Positions 1 through 6,664 of a stretch of 11,612 bases of DNA are shown one piece after another; within the stretch, counting starts at the first letter, position 1; each line of letters opens with the position of its first letter. The position numbers and the translations under genes are program-made. The stretch lies in the UHGV virus genome UHGV-1584301, one strand, 5' to 3'. Source of the stretch: a virus. A model generated the notes under the pieces. The model saw nothing but the letters and a program-made list of their open reading frames with translations, was not told the origin of the DNA and searched no databases.

Positions 1-399
1 GTGGTGCGTAGCGCGCAGATGGAACGCTTTATAAAAGCACTGGAGGCCAAAGTGCAAAAAAGCACTTTGGAACAAATTCAGCCACTTAAAATAATCAAAG
101 GTGGTGCAGAACCAGGTGTGTGGGGTGTTGAACTTCTGGCAATCAGATATGCAGCATGGATTAAGCCGGAATTTGAAATCGAAGTTTATGAAGTTTTCAA
201 AACGGTTGTCCGTCTCGGTGTTGGCGCAATGTCCCGTCTGAATAGAATCGATCACATCATCAATACTGAAACCAAAGCGATAAGCCAGTGCGCAAGCCAA
301 ATGGCTAAGTGGGGCGTTGGTGGGCGAAAAAGATTGCTTCATGTTGCACGTGAGAGAGCGGCAAATGAAGTGCAAATGTATTTGCCCGGAATGGTGTGA
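1..399 (+). CDS. KilA-N domain-like protein, 5'-truncated at the window edge (antirepressor/regulatory-type phage protein)
   Basis: ORF open from position 1 with a stop at 397-399. The segment GVWGVELLAIRYAAWIKPEFEIEV fits the conserved KilA-N core pattern (G-x-W-x-x-x-L-A-x-x-x-A-x-W-x-x-P-E-F) as I remember it. The true N-terminus probably lies upstream of the window. Confidence 0.5.
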   Translation: MVRSAQMERFIKALEAKVQKSTLEQIQPLKIIKGGAEPGVWGVELLAIRYAAWIKPEFEIEVYEVFKTVVRLGVGAMSRLNRIDHIINTETKAISQCASQMAKWGVGGRKRLLHVARERAANEVQMYLPGMV

Positions 400-417
400 T
401 TCTGCTGGTTAATCCGG

Positions 418-447
418 GCAGCCCTTCAGTGAGGGCTGCAATAATGC
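418..447 (+). terminator. Candidate hairpin terminator downstream of the KilA-N-like ORF
   Basis: Perfect 8-bp inverted repeat GCAGCCCT (418-425) / AGGGCTGC (432-439) with a 6-nt loop, 19 nt after the stop codon, followed by A/T-rich AATAATGCTTTATT. The T-tract is interrupted, so the call is weak. Confidence 0.3.
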
Positions 448-505
448 TTTATTCGTATGAAGACGAAGGGTAATCTGTAGGCTCTGATTATCTAATGGAG
501 GGTTT

Positions 506-712
506 ATGATGGACAATTATTTTAAATCTGGCGATAACCGAGTATCTGATTCTGAGCACCAGCGTTTAGTGGCTACCAAAGCAGCTCTTGAAATTATCAA
601 GGCCGCCGTATCTGCCCCTACCGATGCGAAAAACGTGTCTTATGATTTGGAGGAGGCAATAAAATACCTTCCGCGGTTGACTGATGCTATTCAGGAAACG
701 ATTGGTAAATAG
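506..712 (+). CDS. Small hypothetical protein (68 aa)
   Basis: ATG at 506 (a second ATG at 509) preceded by GGAGGG at 496-501; stop at 710-712. Lies in the low-GC accessory region and is followed by a hairpin plus T-run. I recognise no family. Confidence 0.5.
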   Translation: MMDNYFKSGDNRVSDSEHQRLVATKAALEIIKAAVSAPTDAKNVSYDLEEAIKYLPRLTDAIQETIGK

Positions 713-764
713 CATTTCGTTTTAGTTTTATTATTTCACCTTAAATATGAGTAAGATTAAGACA

Positions 765-790
765 AAGCTACCTACGAGTAGCTTTTTTAA
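765..790. terminator. Rho-independent terminator, probably bidirectional, between convergent ORFs
   Basis: Stem AGCTAC (766-771), loop CTACGA, stem GTAGCT (778-783), then T6 (783-788) on the + strand. On the - strand the same hairpin is followed by TTTGTCTT. It sits between the + ORF ending at 712 and the - ORF ending at 924. Confidence 0.5.
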
Positions 791-923
791 TGGCTATAGC
801 ATTAGGAACATAATCATGTAAAAACCGGACAAAGAAGCCATCGGACGGCGTCTAGTAAAACAGTAATCAAGATATGCAATACTGAAACGCCGCCTGGTAT
901 TCTCTGAGATAAAGAAGAATTAA

Positions 924-1502
924 TTAAGTATTAGTCATTGAATGTTTTATGTGCTCGAATAATGTGAGAGCATCATCAGATAATTCACGCCGAGAGATCC
1001 AGTCATGCTCATTCAATTGCCATGCAAGGCCTAAAGCTTGATTCAATCCTGGATATGCAATTGGTGAGTCATCAGAGTTACTACTTGCGGCTTCCATTTT
1101 GGCTAATGGAATTCTTAAACGATTGATCTTACGTTTATAGATCTGTATCTCATTTCGCACATGATTCAATGGAGATCCATCATTTTTTGCAAATTGATCT
1201 AATGTTCTTACTAGTTCATACATTCCTAAAACCCAGAGATAGGAAGAAGTGATATGATCACTTAAGTCGTGCATTGGGTTTTTTAGATATCCAGTCTTGA
1301 TGAGTTCAGCATCATCATTAACTAGGCGAGAATCTAGTGCACCTAGATGTTGAAGTGTTATTGTCGACCATTGATTGTGGGCCGTAATTGCATGGGAGCA
1401 GTCAACCCACCTCTTGTTTCTGTCTGCATCAAATAATCCAGCAATGTAAGCTCTAAGCCTACCATTGTGGGGCTTCTTTAATTCCTCAGACAAATTATCC
1501 AT
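924..1502 (-). CDS. Hypothetical protein of unknown function (192 aa from ATG), reverse-oriented AT-rich moron; candidate accessory, defence or conversion gene
   Basis: Reverse-strand ORF with stop at 924-926. The ATG at 1500-1502 is preceded by AGGAGA (reverse complement of 1507-1512) at a 4-nt spacing. The ORF track extends it to a GTG at 1527-1529 (201 aa), which would overlap the terminase start. Sampled 60-nt blocks give about 33-43% G+C here against about 55% in the terminase gene. No family recognised. Confidence 0.6.
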   Translation of the reverse strand: MDNLSEELKKPHNGRLRAYIAGLFDADRNKRWVDCSHAITAHNQWSTITLQHLGALDSRLVNDDAELIKTGYLKNPMHDLSDHITSSYLWVLGMYELVRTLDQFAKNDGSPLNHVRNEIQIYKRKINRLRIPLAKMEAASSNSDDSPIAYPGLNQALGLAWQLNEHDWISRRELSDDALTLFEHIKHSMTNT

Positions 1503-1522
1503 TTGATCTCCTAGGGTACTAT

Positions 1523-2050
1523 ATGGCACTCACTGACAAGCAAGAAATGTTCTGTCGCGAGTACCTCATCGATTTAAACGCCACGCAAGCGGCTATTCGG
1601 GCGGGGTACAGCGCAAAGACAGCTAACCGTACCGCATCCGAAAACATGTCAAAACCTGACATCCAATTCAGAATCGCCGAACTGAAAGCGCAACGCAATG
1701 ATCTTGTTGGTATTAATGCAGAATATGTGCTTAATCGCCTTATTGAAATCGATCAGATGGATGTGCTCGACATTCTCCTGCAAAACGGTGAGCTAAAACC
1801 CATTAAAGACTGGCCTAAGGTATGGCGCACAACGCTATCAGGAATGGATGTCGTGGAGATGGTATCTGCAGATAGCACCGCACTTCTGAAGAAAATCAAA
1901 TGGCCTGATAAGGTCAAAAATCTCGAACTTCTTGGTAAGCATGTTTCCGTTCAGGCGTTTAAAGAACAAGCTTCTCACGAGCTAACCGGCAAAGACGGCG
2001 GCGCAATCCAGATTGAAACATCACCAATGAGCACTTTATTCGGAAAATGA
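1523..2050 (+). CDS. Terminase small subunit (Terminase_2 / P27-type family)
   Basis: N-terminus MALTDKQEMFCREYLIDLNATQAAIRAGYSAKTA matches the conserved signature of this TerS family (LT-KQ--F--EYL...TQAA..AGYS). It lies immediately upstream of the large terminase with an ATGA stop/start overlap. Confidence 0.85.
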   Translation: MALTDKQEMFCREYLIDLNATQAAIRAGYSAKTANRTASENMSKPDIQFRIAELKAQRNDLVGINAEYVLNRLIEIDQMDVLDILLQNGELKPIKDWPKVWRTTLSGMDVVEMVSADSTALLKKIKWPDKVKNLELLGKHVSVQAFKEQASHELTGKDGGAIQIETSPMSTLFGK

Positions 2051-3462
2051 CCTCGATTAATCCTATCTTTGAACCGTTCATTGAGGCGCATCGCTATAAA
2101 GTCGCCAAAGGCGGTCGAGGTAGCGGTAAGTCATGGGCAATTGCGAGACTGCTTGTTGAAGCGGCGCGTCGGCAGCCGGTGCGTATTCTCTGCGCTCGTG
2201 AACTGCAAAACAGTATCAGCGATTCGGTAATCCGACTGCTTGAAGACACTATCGAGCGTGAAGGGTATTCGGCTGAGTTTGAAATTCAGCGTTCAATGAT
2301 TCGTCATCTCGGAACGAATGCTGAATTCATGTTCTACGGCATAAAAAACAACCCGACGAAGATTAAATCGCTCGAAGGCATTGATATCTGCTGGGTGGAA
2401 GAAGCGGAAGCGGTAACAAAGGAATCGTGGGATATCCTGATCCCAACCATCCGTAAGCCGTTCTCTGAAATATGGGTGAGCTTTAACCCGAAGAACATCC
2501 TCGACGATACCTATCAGCGATTCGTCGTAAATCCTCCTGATGATATTTGTCTGCTGACGGTGAACTACACCGACAACCCGCACTTTCCTGAAGTTCTCCG
2601 TCTGGAGATGGAAGAGTGTAAACGCAGAAATCCGACACTGTATCGTCACATCTGGCTTGGTGAGCCAGTAAGCGCAAGTGATATGGCAATCATCAAACGT
2701 GAATGGCTTGAAGCCGCAACCGATGCGCACAAGAAACTAGGATGGAAAGCGAAAGGCGCTGTTGTTTCTGCACATGACCCGTCAGATACAGGGCCGGATG
2801 CTAAAGGTTATGCATCGCGTCACGGTTCGGTAGTTAAGCGCATTGCCGAAGGCCTGCTGATGGACATCAACGAGGGTGCTGACTGGGCTACTTCGCTGGC
2901 GATTGAAGACGGCGCTGACCACTACCTGTGGGATGGTGATGGTGTTGGTGCCGGGCTACGCAGACAGACAACGGAAGCGTTCTCCGGCAAGAAAATCACC
3001 GCCACGATGTTCAAGGGTAGCGAATCGCCATTCGATGAAGATGCTCCGTATCAGGCCGGAGCATGGGCTGATGAAGTCGTACAGGGCGACAACGTTCGCA
3101 CTATTGGCGATGTATTCCGCAATAAGCGAGCGCAATTCTATTACGCGCTGGCTGACAGGCTGTATCTGACATATCGGGCGGTTGTTCACGGTGAGTATGC
3201 AGACCCAGACGACATGCTGAGTTTCGACAAAGAAGCGATAGGCGAGAAGATGCTGGAGAAGCTGTTTGCAGAACTTACGCAGATTCAGCGCAAATTCAAT
3301 AACAACGGGAAGCTGGAGCTAATGACTAAGGTCGAAATGAAGCAGAAGCTCGGTATTCCATCTCCTAACCTGGCTGATGCGCTGATGATGTGTATGCATT
3401 GCCCGGAGTCGGCTGCGCAACCCGACTATTCCAGTTACTCAATTCCTTGTGGTGTAGGTTGA
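2047..3462 (+). CDS. Terminase large subunit (ATPase plus nuclease)
   Basis: Walker A KGGRGSGKS near the N-terminus, Walker B-like DICWVEEAE, and an acidic C-terminal nuclease region (AVVSAHDPSD, LWDGDGVG). 471 aa. Start codon overlaps the TerS stop (ATGA at 2047-2050). Confidence 0.93.
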   Translation: MTSINPIFEPFIEAHRYKVAKGGRGSGKSWAIARLLVEAARRQPVRILCARELQNSISDSVIRLLEDTIEREGYSAEFEIQRSMIRHLGTNAEFMFYGIKNNPTKIKSLEGIDICWVEEAEAVTKESWDILIPTIRKPFSEIWVSFNPKNILDDTYQRFVVNPPDDICLLTVNYTDNPHFPEVLRLEMEECKRRNPTLYRHIWLGEPVSASDMAIIKREWLEAATDAHKKLGWKAKGAVVSAHDPSDTGPDAKGYASRHGSVVKRIAEGLLMDINEGADWATSLAIEDGADHYLWDGDGVGAGLRRQTTEAFSGKKITATMFKGSESPFDEDAPYQAGAWADEVVQGDNVRTIGDVFRNKRAQFYYALADRLYLTYRAVVHGEYADPDDMLSFDKEAIGEKMLEKLFAELTQIQRKFNNNGKLELMTKVEMKQKLGIPSPNLADALMMCMHCPESAAQPDYSSYSIPCGVG

Positions 3463-3463
3463 T

Positions 3464-5662
3464 ATGGCAGAAAAAAAGATGACTGACTGGCATCGCAAGG
3501 TGCTGTGCAACTTTGATAATGCCTGGTCAGCAACGCAGGATATGCGTGAGCAGATTATTGAGGCTCAACGTTTCGTCCGGGTATCCGGCGCACAGTGGGA
3601 AGGCAGCACAAACGCTGGTTACTCATTTGATGAAGGCAGGTTTGAGCATTACCCGCGCTTTGAACTGAATAAGATTGCCCGTGAATGTGATCGCATCATT
3701 GGCGAGTATCGACAGAATCGCATCAGCGTTAAATTCAGGCCGAAGGATGACAAGGCATCGGAAGCGTTAGCCGAAAAGATGAACGGCAAATTCCGCGCTG
3801 ATTATCAGGAAACATCCGGTGGTGAAGCGTGTGATAACGCATTTGATGATGCTGTAACGGGCGGATTCGGTTGTTTCCGCATGTGTGCCGATTACGAAGA
3901 TGAAATGGACCCAAGTAATGAGCAGCGACGCATCAGCCTTCTTCCTGTTTACGACCCGGCGACATGCGTCTTCTTCGATCAGGACAGCAAGCAATATGAC
4001 CGCTCTGATGCTATGTGGGCTATGGAAATGTTCTCCATGACGCCTAAAGCGTTCGAGGCTGAATACCCTGATTCCATCGCGGCAAGCCTTTCTCGTGATG
4101 ACACTGGCACTCAATATGACTGGTCAACGCCCGATGCCATCTATGTTGGACGCTACTACGAAGTTCGCATAGAGAAGGTGAAGCTCACGGCGTGGCGCAA
4201 CCCTGTTAGCGGAGAAACGGCAATCTATGATGAAGAGCAAATAAAAGATATTGTCGACGAGCTGACCGATGGTGCATTCGAACTGATTGGCGAGCGAACG
4301 GTGAAGAAGCGCCGCGTTTATTGCGGTCTTCTGTCTGGCGCTGAATGGCTGGAAGAACCGAAGCGTATTCCGGGCGAACATATTCCTCTCATCCCGGTAT
4401 ATGGGCGTCGTTCATTTGTTGATAATCAGGAGCGAATCGAAGGCCACGCAGCAAAAGCGATGGATGCGCAGCGTCTTGAGAACCTGATGGTTTCCATGAT
4501 TGCAGATAACGCCACTCAGGCTGGCGGTGATGGTATTCCTGTAGTTGATGTTGACATGATTCCTGGTCCTCTCGCCACTCATTGGGCGGAGCGCAACAAA
4601 AAGCGCCCGGCGTTCCTGCCGATGGTCAGTCTGAAAAACAAAAACGGAGATATTACTGCGCAGGCTCAGGTCAGCAGTTATACACCTCCAACACAAATGC
4701 CTCCTGCTCTTGCCGGGCTATTACAGTACACCGGAACGGCTATTCAGCAAATTACAGGTGCGTCGCAGCTTGAGAACATGCCGAGCAACGTCGCTACCGA
4801 TACCGTTGATAGCATCTTTAACAGGATGGACACGCAGTCCTATATCTACATGGACAACATGGCTAAATCCATGCGCCGTGCTGGCGTCGTGTGGCTTTCT
4901 ATGGCGCGTGAGGTCTATGGCAGTGATACGCCGATGCGTATCGTTAATGAGGACGGCAGCGATGACGTGGCGCTGATGACTGGTGAAGTGGTTGACCGTC
5001 AGACAGGGCAGGTTATCGCGCTTAATGACCTTTCGCAGGGTAACTATGAAGTGACTGTCGATGTTGGTCTGTCGTTCGCTACTCGCCGTGATGCAACGGT
5101 TAAGTCGTTACTTTCCATGCTGGCACTTATCCCGCCCGGAACGCCGAAACACGACCTTGTATCGTCGATGATCCTCGATAATATGGACGGCGAAGGGATG
5201 GACGACCTTAAAGAATACAACCGCAATCAGTTGCTTCTGTCTGGAGTTATCAAGCCGAGAACGCCAGAAGAACAGCAGATGGTTGAGCAGGCGAAACAAC
5301 AACAGGCCAGTCAGCCAGATCCGGCTATGGTTGCAGCGCAAGGTCAGCTTCTTGCTGGTCAGGCTGAATTGCAGAAAGCGCAGAACGAACAGGCAGCCAT
5401 TCAGGTTAAAGCATTCCAGGCACAGACTGATGCTCAGGTTGCAGCGGCAAATGTTGTGAAAATCCTCGCATCTGCCGATAGCCAGCAGAAATCTGATATC
5501 CGCGAGGCTCTGAAACTGCTCGGACAGTTCCAGCAACAGCAAGGAGACAATGCCCGTGCTGATGCAGAGCTTGTCCTGAAAAGTCAGGCACAGGGCCATG
5601 CGCAGCGCATGGACATCAGCAGCATCCTGCAAAAATCAACTCAGCAACAACCACAGCAGTAA
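3464..5662 (+). CDS. Portal protein, P22-type with long C-terminal Q/A-rich helical extension
   Basis: 732-aa ORF directly after the large terminase (stop 3460-3462, ATG 3464). The size and the Q/A-rich C-terminal 130 aa match my recollection of the P22 gp1 portal with its C-terminal barrel. Gene order is terminase-portal-scaffold-coat. Confidence 0.88.
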   Translation: MAEKKMTDWHRKVLCNFDNAWSATQDMREQIIEAQRFVRVSGAQWEGSTNAGYSFDEGRFEHYPRFELNKIARECDRIIGEYRQNRISVKFRPKDDKASEALAEKMNGKFRADYQETSGGEACDNAFDDAVTGGFGCFRMCADYEDEMDPSNEQRRISLLPVYDPATCVFFDQDSKQYDRSDAMWAMEMFSMTPKAFEAEYPDSIAASLSRDDTGTQYDWSTPDAIYVGRYYEVRIEKVKLTAWRNPVSGETAIYDEEQIKDIVDELTDGAFELIGERTVKKRRVYCGLLSGAEWLEEPKRIPGEHIPLIPVYGRRSFVDNQERIEGHAAKAMDAQRLENLMVSMIADNATQAGGDGIPVVDVDMIPGPLATHWAERNKKRPAFLPMVSLKNKNGDITAQAQVSSYTPPTQMPPALAGLLQYTGTAIQQITGASQLENMPSNVATDTVDSIFNRMDTQSYIYMDNMAKSMRRAGVVWLSMAREVYGSDTPMRIVNEDGSDDVALMTGEVVDRQTGQVIALNDLSQGNYEVTVDVGLSFATRRDATVKSLLSMLALIPPGTPKHDLVSSMILDNMDGEGMDDLKEYNRNQLLLSGVIKPRTPEEQQMVEQAKQQQASQPDPAMVAAQGQLLAGQAELQKAQNEQAAIQVKAFQAQTDAQVAAANVVKILASADSQQKSDIREALKLLGQFQQQQGDNARADAELVLKSQAQGHAQRMDISSILQKSTQQQPQQ

Positions 5663-5752
5663 TTAACCCATAACGTGCAATGGCTGTCTTTATGAGGCCT
5701 GGCACCCTATTGCCTTCCGATGGGCTGAACATCGAGTAAACAGGGGTAACAA

Positions 5753-6646
5753 ATGGACCAGATGGCAGAAAACACACCAGAAGTTGAAATCGAAACCGAT
5801 ACATCAGAGCAGATTCCTGATGATGTCGAACTGGCTGAAGAAGTCGAAACAGAAGATGGCAGTGAGTCCTCCGGCAATGATGCAGAGGAAGCTACTGAAA
5901 CTGATGACGACGAATCAGAACAGGAATTCTACTTTGGTGACGAAAAGCTGGATTCGCCAACCAGCGAAGATGGCGCTGAGCATGGACTGGTAAAACACCT
6001 GCGCAAGACGATTAAAGAGAAAGACCGCGAGCTGAAAGAGCTGATGCGTCAGTCTCAGAAACCCGTCGAGCAGCAGCCGGTAATCACTCAACCACCGCGA
6101 ATGCCAAAACTGGATGATGAGGACATCGGTTTCGATGAAGAAATCTATCAGCAACGCATGGCTAAGTGGGCAGAGGATAACGGAAAGTACCAGCAACAGG
6201 AGATGGCTCGCAAGCAGAAGGAGCAGGAGCTTCAGGCTGCTTATCAAGAGCGATTATCCAAATATCAGCAACGTGTTAAGGCTCTCAAAGTTCCTGGCTA
6301 TCAGGAAGCTGAGCAGGCCGTACTCGAGGAAATCCCCATCGAGACACAAAACGCGATCCTGTTTGAGTCAGAGAAGCCGGAAATCGTTGTTCTGGCACTC
6401 GGTCGCAACGCTGAACTGCGCAAGCAACTGGCAGAAGCTACCAACCCCGTAGCAATTGGTCGTCTGCTGGAACGTATCGAATCGAAGGCCAGAATCATGC
6501 CAAAAGCAAAAACCACGGCAGCCACAACCCCGACAGTTAAGGGGAGCAACGGCGCAGTAATCAACAACCTCGACAAACTGAAAGCCAAGGCGCTGGAAAC
6601 TGGTGACTGGACGCCGTATTTCGCCGCTAAAAAGGCAAAAAAATAA
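5753..6646 (+). CDS. Scaffolding protein (P22 gp8-like)
   Basis: 297 aa between portal and coat. Highly acidic N-terminal region, charged helical middle, and a basic C-terminus (...NNLDKLKAKALETGDWTPYFAAKKAKK) resembling the coat-binding C-terminal helix-turn-helix of P22 scaffold. RBS AGGGG lies upstream of ATG 5753. Confidence 0.8.
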   Translation: MDQMAENTPEVEIETDTSEQIPDDVELAEEVETEDGSESSGNDAEEATETDDDESEQEFYFGDEKLDSPTSEDGAEHGLVKHLRKTIKEKDRELKELMRQSQKPVEQQPVITQPPRMPKLDDEDIGFDEEIYQQRMAKWAEDNGKYQQQEMARKQKEQELQAAYQERLSKYQQRVKALKVPGYQEAEQAVLEEIPIETQNAILFESEKPEIVVLALGRNAELRKQLAEATNPVAIGRLLERIESKARIMPKAKTTAATTPTVKGSNGAVINNLDKLKAKALETGDWTPYFAAKKAKK

Positions 6647-6664
6647 CCTATCGGAGCATTAAGC

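Noticed and set aside
33-70. Perfect 9-bp inverted repeat CCAAAGTGC / GCACTTTGG (47-55 / 62-70) with an adjacent AAAAGCACT direct repeat
   Set aside because: It lies inside the KilA-N-like coding sequence, and a single 9-bp inverted repeat is roughly expected by chance in 11.6 kb. Possibly an operator, but there is no supporting context.
924-1502. HEPN-like R-x5-H motif (RWVDCSH) near the N-terminus of the moron protein
   Set aside because: A single short motif in the wrong place for typical HEPN domains. Insufficient to call a nuclease or abortive-infection fold without profile or structure evidence.
1523-2050. Search for a P22-type pac sequence inside the TerS gene
   Set aside because: I do not recall the consensus reliably and found no convincing match. 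TerS here is of a different family, so the pac site is likely different.
2293-2730. 145-aa reverse-strand ORF (and the 68-aa one at 2483..2689) inside the large terminase gene
   Set aside because: Entirely antisense to a well-supported terminase coding region, with no RBS and no independent support. Typical shadow ORF.
3767-5632. Several reverse-strand ORFs (3767..4114, 4124..4381, 4412..4696, 5108..5632) and + strand alternate-frame ORFs (4582..4773, 4710..4976) inside the portal gene
   Set aside because: All are embedded in the portal reading frame region, with odd compositions (C/R-rich) typical of out-of-frame translation.
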